A stretch of DNA of 64,000 nt from Candidatus Bathyarchaeota archaeon. GTDB taxonomy: Archaea; Thermoproteota; Bathyarchaeia; Bathyarchaeales; Bathycorpusculaceae. The notes beneath the pieces were generated by a model. It made no database searches, was not told the origin of the DNA, and was given only the letters and a program-made list of their open reading frames with translations. The DNA is taken from NCBI GenBank assembly GCA_963828195.1, contig CAWHDT010000008.1:1-64000 (forward strand), read 5' to 3'. Positions 8,970 to 18,700 of this stretch are shown here, piece after piece (position 1 is the stretch's first letter; the number at the start of each line of letters is the position of its first letter). The position numbers and the translations under genes are program-made.

Positions 8970-9955
8970 TTTATTGCTCTCCTCCGTGCAGCAGCGGCTC
9001 CATGCAGTTCTTTGGTTGTGTCTTCCCTGATGTTTCTGCCCGTGTAATGCAAGAATACATCTTCAAGGTTGGGTTCACGCAGCAGCAAAGACTCTACATA
9101 AATGTTGTTTTGGGTTGCTAACTCCATGATTCGAGGCATCACGGTTTGCCCGCTGCGAACTGTTATTTCTAATGCCCCATCAACGACTTGTTTATTATTG
9201 AACCCTAATGATTTTGCGATAAGCTCTGCAAGCTCATCAACTTTGTTTGTTCTAACAACCACCACGTCGCCTTCAAGAGTGTCCTTAAGTTTGGGAGGCG
9301 AATCTAAAATAACGATTTTTCCATGGTCCATTATGCCGATGCGGTCGGAAAGCCGATCCGCCTCATCCATGTAGTGAGTGGTTAAAACCACGGTGATGTC
9401 ATGTGCCTCTTTCAACTCGCGAATGTACTTCCAAATGTGGTCGCGAGTCTGGGGGTCAAGACCGACTGTCGGCTCATCCAGAAAAAGCACCTTAGGATAA
9501 TGGATTAAGCCGCGGCCAAGCTCAAGCCTGCGTCTCATGCCGCCTGAATAAGTGCGCATTAAATCGTCTGCTCTGTCCTCAAGCTCAATGAGTTTCAAAA
9601 TGCGGTCGATGCGTTCTTTCTGCTCCGAAGCTGGAACACCATACAGGTTAGCGTGTATGTACAGGTTCTCCCTGCCTGTTAAACGGTCATCAATGCTTGG
9701 GTCTTGAAAGACAATCCCGATTGATTTACGCACATTATGCGGTTCTTTAATTATGTCAAAGCCGTTTATGACGGCGGATCCAGAAGTCGGCTTAAGAATG
9801 GTGCATAGCATAGATATGACTGTGGTTTTTCCCGCGCCGTTGGGACCGAGCAGCCCGAAGATTTCGCCCGAGTCCACCGTTATATTTAATTTATCAACTG
9901 CGGTGAAAGAACCGTAGGATTTTGTTAGCTGAAGAGTTTCAATGACATGAGGCAT
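8966..9955 (-). CDS. ABC exporter ATP-binding subunit (DrrA-like)
   Basis: GPNGAGKTT, YSGGMRRRL, LDEPT, TTHYM; C-terminal PNLEDVFLHYTG. Confidence 0.93.
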   Translation of the reverse strand: MPHVIETLQLTKSYGSFTAVDKLNITVDSGEIFGLLGPNGAGKTTVISMLCTILKPTSGSAVINGFDIIKEPHNVRKSIGIVFQDPSIDDRLTGRENLYIHANLYGVPASEQKERIDRILKLIELEDRADDLMRTYSGGMRRRLELGRGLIHYPKVLFLDEPTVGLDPQTRDHIWKYIRELKEAHDITVVLTTHYMDEADRLSDRIGIMDHGKIVILDSPPKLKDTLEGDVVVVRTNKVDELAELIAKSLGFNNKQVVDGALEITVRSGQTVMPRIMELATQNNIYVESLLLREPNLEDVFLHYTGRNIREDTTKELHGAAAARRRAIK

Positions 9956-10188
9956 TTTTTGATTTCTCGTCCAACAGTTGAAACGCAGGGAAGATTTAAG
10001 GTTATTTAGGGACGGACATGGGTTGAGACGAAAAATACAGCTCTCTTTTTTGCAGGTTGAAGAGGCGTTCTTGGAAGGAAGATAAAGCCTAAGTCTCAGC
10101 TTTTTTTGCCTTAATTTATTTGGAAACTTGACAGACCCAGAAAATACGCATTAGCCTTAAATACACAGGCTTTTCTATTTGCTGTCGG

Positions 10189-10977
10189 GTGCCACCATTG
10201 AGCGGATACAGCGCATACGCGGTTGAACTCAAAGACGTTACTAAACGTTACAATGAGATTGTAGCAGTAAACAACCTCAATTTAACATTAGGTACAGGGG
10301 AAATCTTTGGCCTTTTGGGACCTAACGGTTCAGGAAAATCAACCACCCTCAAAATGCTTCTCGGATTGGTTACACCCGACAAAGGAACCGTTAACGTATT
10401 AGGGTTAGATGCGTTGAAGCAGCCTGTGGAGGTTAAGCGCCTTGTTGGCTACGTTCCTGAATCAGCGAACCTCTACGAGTTTCTAACAGGAATAGAATAC
10501 TTAGATTTCATAGCTGACATTTATGGTGTGCCGCCGGAAGAGAAGAAACAGAGGATAACAGAGTACCTTAAAGCGCTACAGCTTGAAGGCAGAGAAGGCG
10601 ACATGATAAACAGCTACTCAGACGGCATGAAAAAGAAAATCAGCCTTATCTCAGCATTTGTTCATAAGCCCAAGCTTCTGATTCTTGATGAGCCCCTTAA
10701 TGCACTTGACCCCCGTTCCGCAAGGATAGTTAAAGAGTTCCTTCATGAACTGAAAAATCAAGGCGTAACCACCATAATGTCAACTCACGTGCTTGAGATC
10801 GCCGAGGCAATATGCGACCGAATCGGCATAATGTATCAGGGGCAACTTTTAGCGCTTGGCAACATGGATGAACTGAGAAAAACCGCGAGGCTGCCAGGCT
10901 CAGGTTTAGAAGATGTTTTCCTCAAGCTGACAGGCACTGAAGATTTGAGAGCTGTTGTTGAGGAACTAATGAAATGA
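10189..10977 (+). CDS. ABC transporter ATP-binding subunit
   Basis: GPNGSGKST, YSDGMKKK, LDEP, STH, LEDVFLKLT. Confidence 0.92.
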   Translation: MPPLSGYSAYAVELKDVTKRYNEIVAVNNLNLTLGTGEIFGLLGPNGSGKSTTLKMLLGLVTPDKGTVNVLGLDALKQPVEVKRLVGYVPESANLYEFLTGIEYLDFIADIYGVPPEEKKQRITEYLKALQLEGREGDMINSYSDGMKKKISLISAFVHKPKLLILDEPLNALDPRSARIVKEFLHELKNQGVTTIMSTHVLEIAEAICDRIGIMYQGQLLALGNMDELRKTARLPGSGLEDVFLKLTGTEDLRAVVEELMK

Positions 10978-12659
10978 ACTGGAAAAACGTCCTCTACCTG
11001 CTGAAGGTTGAACGCAAATCTGCCAGGCTAATTAGGGGAATAAAAGCCACAAAGTACAAGGAAAACCTTTTCATCGCGTATTGGCCTTACTGGGTAGCGT
11101 TAATAATCGGTGTAATAGGGGGTTATGGGGCAAGCGTTTTTGCGCACGCCGCTTATAGTTCAGGAGCACTACCAACTGGAATAAAGCCTTTAAATGTCGA
11201 AGCACTTGGCTTTTTTGCGGTATTGCCGACTCTTGTTTTAGGCATCTGCATAGTGTTTACGTTGTTTCAGCAAGTCCAGGTGGCTGGAAAGGCATCAAGT
11301 CAAGTTGAGTATTGGCTTCCGGTGACATGGCAGGAGCATACTTTGGCTTCAATTTTAGCTAACTTGATAGGGTGGCCAGCTGGACCAGCTGCTATAGTTG
11401 TTGGATTAAGCTCCGGAGTGATTGTTTTTTCAGCGTTTAACGGGTTAATTCTCCAGGCACTATTAACTGTGATCATTCTGTTTGCCGCAGCTTTCTTTGC
11501 AAGTTCCATAACTGAATGCGTGAGAGTTTCGCAAGTGCGTTTTACAGGCGCCGTCTATAAATCAAGCGGAAGAGCAGCCATATGGGTACGACTTGTAACT
11601 TACATATTAGTCATAGCATTATTTTACGTGGCTTATTTTTACGTGGTTTCTGGATTTAGTTCTTTCATTACAGGCTTAACTGCAGTTCAGTCCGCCGTTT
11701 GGTACATTCCCTTTATTTGGCCTGCCCTGATAATTTCTTATGTTGTTAAAGGCTTGTATTTACAAGCTCTTCTATTCACAGCTTTATCCGGTCTTCTTAT
11801 TGCAGGTTTGTATTACCTTGCTGTCGAGTTAAACACGCGGTTGGGACTCTATGAGCCCCCCGCAATAACGGTTCAGAAAAGCGGCATTTACGCGCCGAAA
11901 ACCGGGATTTTAGGTAAATTTGGCTTTTCTACCGTTGAGGCAGCATTGATCCGAAAGGATTTAAGAGCGTTCACTCGACGCCGGGAGTTGCTGTCCATCT
12001 ATATTTTCCCAATTATCTTAATTATTCTTGCCCTGATCAATTCATCAAGCGCCAGTGGCGGTGCAAACACCTCAGGCAACCTGATATACACGGGCCTTAT
12101 CTTTTTGTTTCCCGCTTGTGGCATGGCAATGCTGCTGGGGGAAATTTTGATAGGTGAAGAAGGGCCGGCAATATGGCGAATTTATGCTTCCCCAATTTCG
12201 CCTAAAAATTTGGTTAAGAGCAAATATTTCATTACGGTTCTCTTTTCAATCATCATATTGATCCCGTGTGGCGCGTTAGGCATAGTATTTTTCCACCCAA
12301 GTATGCGAAGGGCAATCGTCGCGCTAGTTGAAACCTTCCTTCTGGTTATTGCTTTAGCTTCAGTATCGCTTTACGTCGGGTTTAAGGGAGCTGATTTTTC
12401 GCAAACCCGAAGAGCAAGAATGGTGCGTCAAGAATGGTCATTGCTAGGCTTTGTCTACTGCATCATTACGGGGGCGGCGGTGTTTGCGCCTGTGCTGGTG
12501 CCATATGGCTTATCTTTAGCTTCTATAACATCTGTCAGCATTTTCGATTACGTCATTGGAATTGCCATAAGCGCAGCAATCTCAATTTCTATCACCGTCC
12601 TCTTCTACAGAATCAACATTGGCAGTGCAAAGGAGCTTCTGCGGAAAGCCGAGGTTTAA
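10974..12659 (+). CDS. Multi-pass ABC exporter permease
   Basis: Many TM helices in two repeated halves; LIRKDLRAFTR and EEGPAIWRIYASPISPKNLVKSK coupling motifs; ATGA overlap with the ATPase gene. Confidence 0.8.
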   Translation: MNWKNVLYLLKVERKSARLIRGIKATKYKENLFIAYWPYWVALIIGVIGGYGASVFAHAAYSSGALPTGIKPLNVEALGFFAVLPTLVLGICIVFTLFQQVQVAGKASSQVEYWLPVTWQEHTLASILANLIGWPAGPAAIVVGLSSGVIVFSAFNGLILQALLTVIILFAAAFFASSITECVRVSQVRFTGAVYKSSGRAAIWVRLVTYILVIALFYVAYFYVVSGFSSFITGLTAVQSAVWYIPFIWPALIISYVVKGLYLQALLFTALSGLLIAGLYYLAVELNTRLGLYEPPAITVQKSGIYAPKTGILGKFGFSTVEAALIRKDLRAFTRRRELLSIYIFPIILIILALINSSSASGGANTSGNLIYTGLIFLFPACGMAMLLGEILIGEEGPAIWRIYASPISPKNLVKSKYFITVLFSIIILIPCGALGIVFFHPSMRRAIVALVETFLLVIALASVSLYVGFKGADFSQTRRARMVRQEWSLLGFVYCIITGAAVFAPVLVPYGLSLASITSVSIFDYVIGIAISAAISISITVLFYRINIGSAKELLRKAEV

Positions 12660-12841
12660 AGAAGAAATATCTTGAGCGATTTTGCCAATTGCCTATTTTA
12701 CCCCAGCAGAGTACTAATTTGAAGACTTTAATCATGACCTATATTGGTCTAACTTAAAAGCGGGGCGGGCATAACCCAAAAGTAACTAGATAAAAAGTTT
12801 AAAAACTGAATAATAACATAATATTCCCGGAGGCAGATAAT

Positions 12842-13465
12842 TTGAGGCAACCTTCAAGAAAACTGGTTTATGTCTTGATTATGGTTGCGGTTTTTTTAGT
12901 ATCTTACGCTGCCGCTTTCTTTGTAGTTTCGCTTACGCCTTATGGACATTACAAAGCCCGCGTGTATTCTATGCCCAAAGATGCTCCACCTGAGCAAATT
13001 AATTCTTCTTATTGGGGAGGGGCATGGCCATATGATTATCTTTATCTTGGGCCAGAGGTAGGTGCAACCAATGTCCCTCGTGACACTGCAATCGTAATTG
13101 AAGGAGTAAGACCTGTGGGACCCTTCAATTTTAGCTTCAGCCCTGAGGTACCCATCGACAAAGTAGCTTACAAGGTTTATCCAGGTGTTGGTCCTTCCTC
13201 TACTCAAGTAATCTATCCTGTTGGTCTTTTACAGCCCAACACAACCTATAATGTATCATCAATAGTGGTTGGCACATCGTCCTGGTGGACTTTCACCACG
13301 TCGTCAGAACCGTCCCAGCTTAAGTTCAGCACTCAATTAGAACCCTACAACTTTTTGATCGCGTTTACGGCAGCGATTCTTGCAACATCAATAGTTTCCG
13401 CTACACTGTTTATTGGGAAAAAACAGGAAAACCGAGCCACACAATTAAATCAAAAAGTTAATTAA
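12842..13465 (+). CDS. Membrane-anchored protein with an Ig-like (Big_5/SbsA-like) domain
   Basis: N- and C-terminal TM helices; GATNVPRDTAI and LQPNTTYNV...WTFTT Ig-like motif. Confidence 0.6.
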   Translation: MRQPSRKLVYVLIMVAVFLVSYAAAFFVVSLTPYGHYKARVYSMPKDAPPEQINSSYWGGAWPYDYLYLGPEVGATNVPRDTAIVIEGVRPVGPFNFSFSPEVPIDKVAYKVYPGVGPSSTQVIYPVGLLQPNTTYNVSSIVVGTSSWWTFTTSSEPSQLKFSTQLEPYNFLIAFTAAILATSIVSATLFIGKKQENRATQLNQKVN

Positions 13466-13595
13466 AAATTACAAAGCCAACCGCACAATAATTAAGTTCT
13501 GGAATTGTGGCGAAGTGGAAAGAGCTAAATCCAGAACTTCAATCACGGCAAACTTTTATTTAACAGAGGCAACATTTGTTTTTTAGTGAAGTTTT

Positions 13596-14036
13596 ATGAA
13601 GGATTTATCTGTTAAGAGCCAGGCGTTTGAATCAGGCAAACCCATTCCTAAAAAATACACCTGCGACGGGCAAGACATTAGTCCACCGCTGACCATCGAG
13701 GGCATACCTAAAGAAGCAAAAACGCTTGCCCTAATAATGGATGACCCTGACGCGCCAAGCGGTACCTTTGACCACTGGGTCGTCTGGAACATCCCAGCGT
13801 CAAGCAGCAAGATTGGTGAAAATACTGTGCCCGGTATGGAGGGAGTGAATGGTTCAAGACAAACGGGGTATATGGGTCCTTGTCCGCCTTCTGGAACGCA
13901 TAGATATTTCTTTAAGGTTTACGCGCTGGACACGGCGCTCAGCTTGGGGGTCGGCTCGAAAAAGAGAGATGTTGAAAAAGCGATGCAGGGCCATATTTTA
14001 ACCAGCGGCGAATTAATGGCTGTGTACAGCAGGTAA
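13596..14036 (+). CDS. YbhB/YbcL (PEBP/Raf kinase inhibitor-like) protein
   Basis: YTCDG..ISPPL, MDDPDAP, HWVVWNIP, YMGPCPPSGTHRYFFKVYALD. Confidence 0.93.
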   Translation: MKDLSVKSQAFESGKPIPKKYTCDGQDISPPLTIEGIPKEAKTLALIMDDPDAPSGTFDHWVVWNIPASSSKIGENTVPGMEGVNGSRQTGYMGPCPPSGTHRYFFKVYALDTALSLGVGSKKRDVEKAMQGHILTSGELMAVYSR

Positions 14037-14169
14037 ATTTGTTTTGGAAAAATTTTGATCACACTTCAACGTGCCAGTTCATTGCTTAGTTTTCTCTTTT
14101 TTGTTTATATGCGCCGCTTATTCAAATGCTAGTTGACTAAGGGTTGATATGACGGTTGGTTGAACACTT

Positions 14170-15363
14170 TTGAAACGCAAATACGCCGTATTAGCCGCGG
14201 CGTTCGTTATCCTGTTGCTTTCTGCAGCGATTTTATTAGCCGTCAACAGTTTTCAGCAACCTTCTCCAGCTAGGCCATTTTATGTAGGCGTTGAATTTGC
14301 GTACGGCAGCCAGTTTAGCCAGCTGAAAGCCTTGGTTGACCAGGTTAAGAACTACACGAATCTTTTGGTCATAGGCTCGGTTCAGTTAACGTTTAACAGA
14401 ACAGCCCTCGACGAATCCTGCGACTACATTTTTAATGCAGGATTGTACTTCATCGTTCTATTCACGTCTTACCTCATGTATAATGCAACTAACGGCTGGG
14501 CTAATTACACCATTTTTGATTGGATCGTAAACGCATCAAAAACTTATGGTAACCAGTTCTTGGGCATTTACAGGTTCGACGAACCTGGAGGAAACCAGCT
14601 TGACCAAGGCTCATCCGCGATCATCAGCAACAACAGCACTTTCAGTTACCCCGCCACACCCGCTGGCTTTGCTGAAGTAACTGCAGGCTACGTTGGAAAC
14701 TTATCAACCATTGTAAATTACTATTTCAGCCACACAAACTATACAACAAAAATATACACAGCTGACTACGGGCTCTACTGGTACGATTACGGCGCAGATT
14801 ACAGTACTGTTTTCGCAGAGTTCGTCGGAAACCAAAGCAGACCAGGCATCATCGCGTTGGACAGAGGCGCCGCCCAATCTTTCAACGAGGATTGGGGAGT
14901 AATTATTGACTGGAAATATGACCAAGCGCCTTACCTTGAGAACGGCACAGAATTGTACAGTGACCTGTCCCTGGCTTACAGCGCCGGAGCCACCTACGCC
15001 ATAATCTTCAGCTACCCAAACATCACCGCTTACGGCACTTTAACGCCGGCTCATTTCGCCGCTTTACAGAAATTCTGGACCGCCATCCACACCAACCCCG
15101 GCAGCTTCTCTTCCAGCCCCGCAGAGGTAGCCTACGTGGTTCCTGCAGATTTCGGGTTTGGCTTCCGCAGCCCAAGCGACAACATTTGGGGTTTATTCCC
15201 AGCTGACAGCAACCCTTACACCCAAAAAATATGGGATTACACCCAAGATTTACAAGCCATATACGGTGACAAAATAAACATAATTTATGATAACTCCACA
15301 GTAATTGACCCTACGCTCAAAAATTACGGTAAGATTTTCTATTGGAACCAAATAATTTCATGA
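14170..15363 (+). CDS. Secreted or membrane-anchored hypothetical protein, possibly with a glycoside-hydrolase-like barrel
   Basis: N-terminal signal anchor; GIYRFDEPGG motif; many NxS/T sequons; aromatic-rich. Confidence 0.55.
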   Translation: MKRKYAVLAAAFVILLLSAAILLAVNSFQQPSPARPFYVGVEFAYGSQFSQLKALVDQVKNYTNLLVIGSVQLTFNRTALDESCDYIFNAGLYFIVLFTSYLMYNATNGWANYTIFDWIVNASKTYGNQFLGIYRFDEPGGNQLDQGSSAIISNNSTFSYPATPAGFAEVTAGYVGNLSTIVNYYFSHTNYTTKIYTADYGLYWYDYGADYSTVFAEFVGNQSRPGIIALDRGAAQSFNEDWGVIIDWKYDQAPYLENGTELYSDLSLAYSAGATYAIIFSYPNITAYGTLTPAHFAALQKFWTAIHTNPGSFSSSPAEVAYVVPADFGFGFRSPSDNIWGLFPADSNPYTQKIWDYTQDLQAIYGDKINIIYDNSTVIDPTLKNYGKIFYWNQIIS

Positions 15364-15498
15364 AACAACCCTGAATCACCTTAGAAATTTTAGAGTGTTG
15401 ATGAAGCTGACCAGTCAATTCTCGAAATATTCCAAAAGTTAAAACTTGCCTTATATTCTTAGCAAAAACAAGTGGTTAGTCGCTGGAGGAAGGGGAGA

Positions 15499-15600
15499 GT
15501 GGAAGGAGAAAATTCAATTAAAGTATGGTTAGGTCTAATTGGGGTTTGCGTGGTTCTTGCGGTTATAGGCTACTTTGGTTTTTTAGTGTTCTCGCGATAA
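15499..15600 (+). CDS. 33-aa single-TM micro-protein (absent from the ORF track)
   Basis: GGAGG RBS, GTG start, MEGENSIKVWLGLIGVCVVLAVIGYFGFLVFSR-stop. Confidence 0.55.
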   Translation: MEGENSIKVWLGLIGVCVVLAVIGYFGFLVFSR

Positions 15601-15708
15601 TCTAAAATGAGATCAGCAAGCAACCGGTTTTTTGGATACCGCTTGAAACGTGAGTACAACATTTAAGCAACCACTCTGCTTATTCATGCAAGTTGGGAGA
15701 GCCTGGGG

Positions 15709-18700
15709 TTGGAAGAGAAAGCAAGCAACGAAGCTACGGATTTGCCTTCACTTGACGCATCAGGCATAGCTGAATACATCCGTTTCGACTGTTGTCCCCG
15801 CTACTTTAAACTTAGATTTGAGGGAAAAGAGGAAAGCAGCCACAAATGGCCTGAAGCTTTCAAGCCTCTGAGCCCGCTACTATACGGTGCCGGCAAAGAC
15901 TTGGAAGAAAAAACCGTGCAGAACCTCAGGGCAAAAGCGGCTGGTTACCGGGATTTAAGATGCTTCAACCCCCGAGAAGACGGGTGGGAGAACGCTTGGC
16001 CCAAGTCAGTTCAAGCTATAAAAGAAATTCTGCAAAGCCAGCTTTTGTCTTCTGGCGCAGAGTACAAGCCTGTTTTGGTTTATCAAGCTCCAATACGGGG
16101 CTCTATCGGCATGTGGAACATCAAGGGAATAGCCGACCTTATCGGCATATGGCCCAGCCGAGACGGCAAAGTTAAGATTCGAATTTTTGAAATAAAATCG
16201 TCTTGGAAAGAGCAGACGGCTCACCGCGTACAAGTTGCAATTTATGTGCAGTTGCTATCCGACGCCTTAGGAGATTTGGCATCTAAAGTTGAGTTTGAAG
16301 GCGGCGTGATTAACAAGGAGTCGGATTTAGAGAAGCTGGATCCACAGAGTCTTCCCTCGTTTAGGCTTGAACCCTTAATCCAAGATGTACAAAGATTGCT
16401 CAGCGTAAACGGGGAGCTGTACCGAATCCACCAAAAAGCGCTGTCGGAAGTTGAGTATCAGCTTTCTTGGAGATGCGACAACTGCGGCTTTAACGAATGC
16501 TGCGTGGTTCGCTCCATTGAGAAAGAAAGCGTCGCGCTTCTTAACTTGACCCGGGGAGAACAAAAAGCGCTGCGGCAACGCGGCATTACCAAATTAAGTG
16601 ACCTTGCAAAATTGAAAACGGTGCCATCCACGGATGACTTGCGCCCCTATAACTTTAAGGAGATACGGGCGTTGGAGCCTGAAAAAGTCCACCTGTTATC
16701 CGCTGACCCAGTGATAGGCGGCAAACTTGACAAGCTGATCCAGAGAGCGCAGTACATGCTGTTTGGAATACGACCTGACGGCAAATACGCAAACAAGGTT
16801 AGGTCGATGCCGTGGCTAACGGGAACGGGCTACGGAACCCTGCCTGAGGACAGCCCGCAGGATGGAGCCAACACCGCGCTTCTGTTTAGACCCGATGGCA
16901 TGATAAGAGTTTATTTCCATATTGAATGGGACTACATGATTGACATTCTTTCGATGGTTACTGCAAGAGTCAGCTGCACACGGTACAGAGGAGAACCAAT
17001 AACTGTATCAAAAATTGTTTCTTCTCTTCCTGAGCAACAAAAAGATTGCTTAGCCCAAGAAAGAGACATGCTGGAGACGTTCTTTTCTGATCTTACAGCC
17101 GCCATCAACACCGTCGCGTCGGATGTTGGAAGCCCAGATGAGGCGCCTATTCATCTTTACTTCTACACTCGCCATGAACGCGACCACCTTATGGATGCTG
17201 TGCGACGCCACTTTTCTTTAGCTACTGCTCGTGCAGTTCAGGATCTTTTGGGGCTAAGGCAAGCAATCGACCAGCCAATGTTCTCTATAATTCAGGATGA
17301 ACTCTCGTTGAGGAAAGCTGTGGGTTACCACAGTACGGGGCTGTTGCCTGTTCTAAAACAATGCGGCTACTTCGACAACAACCTGTGGACAGTTAAACGC
17401 AAAGACGGCTCAAAGCTGGATATGCGATTAGTTTTCCGCGACGGCTTTTTTAACTTCGAGTTGCCTTACACCAGAAACCCCGACGGCTCAATGTCATTCG
17501 TGCTCAGCCGCGATGACCAAAGACCCAAAGAAGCCTATTATCCAGCCCGTTCACGGTTCGGAGACCAAATCCCCATCGAGTACATTTGGTCAGCAAAAAA
17601 CCGCCTTGACAGCTGCGAAGAGAAAGGCTTTGCAAAAATTATGGTCGAGAAACGTACATGGTGCGATTATCCGCATAACACTCGAAGAATCAGCGATGAA
17701 GATTTAACGCTGTTGGGCGGAGGGCTTTGCTTAGCTCTTGAACATATAGAGCGGTTTCTAACTATACGTAACCGACGGTTAGGCAAAAAACCAATACCAA
17801 TCCCGCAGATTCCAAAGTTTACCTTGGGAAACGCCACTTTGGAGAGAAGCTGCAGGGAATTTTTGGATTTGGAATATTTTGCTAAGCGGCAAGATCTTTA
17901 CCAGCATTATGCGTTGCTTCCCTGCCAGCGTGTCTCTACGGGGCGATCAGTAATTTTTCAGTGTTTGACTGTTGAGGAGACAGAACGGGATTTTCTGGTC
18001 AAGGGTAAACTGGTTTATGAAGGGCTCGGGCTGCCAAAATCCGAATGCGTCGTTAACGCTTGCAGAGTTAAAGGCTCTGACGATTCAGGCTCTGGCGACT
18101 GGATGGTTGCCACGGAAATACGGAAAAACGAGCAGGGAGAGTTTGAGGAAGCACAGAGAAGGTCGCCTTCGGAAGTAGAAAAATCCGCCCTTGTCATCAT
18201 CGAAAACGTTAACCTGCCCAAAATGGAAGTAGCCATCAAAGTTCTCAGCTGGCCCAGCGGAAAAACAAGGCGATACCGAAGCTGGCATAACCTTCCAACC
18301 AGCGACAAAGACAAAGCCAAAGATGGCAAACAGCAGCTCTTCGAAGCTGGCAGAACCTACATCTTAGACGAATTAGCAGACGACATCATTTCTGAGCGTG
18401 CAGCAAAATGCCTTGATTACGCAGCCGACAACGCGCTCTATTGCTTGCTGGAAGGTTTTTTGGCAGGTACAACCAAACCCTCACAACGTCGTGCTTTAGC
18501 CAAAGACCCCGCGAAGCCCCTGTTGAGTTGGGTTGAGGGTACCCGTTTTCCACCTAAACCCGAGCAAAGCCGTTTCATACAGCGGGTTTTCGGTAAAGAA
18601 CAGGTTGTTATGCTTCAGGGTCCGCCGGGCACGGGGAAAACTGAGACCTTGCAGTTAGCCGTGCTTGCCCACATAGCTGCTCACAAAGCTGTTGGCAAGT

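Noticed and set aside
15709-16600. Cas4-like domain as evidence of a CRISPR-Cas locus
   Set aside because: Fused to an SF1 helicase; no cas1/cas2 or array in the window
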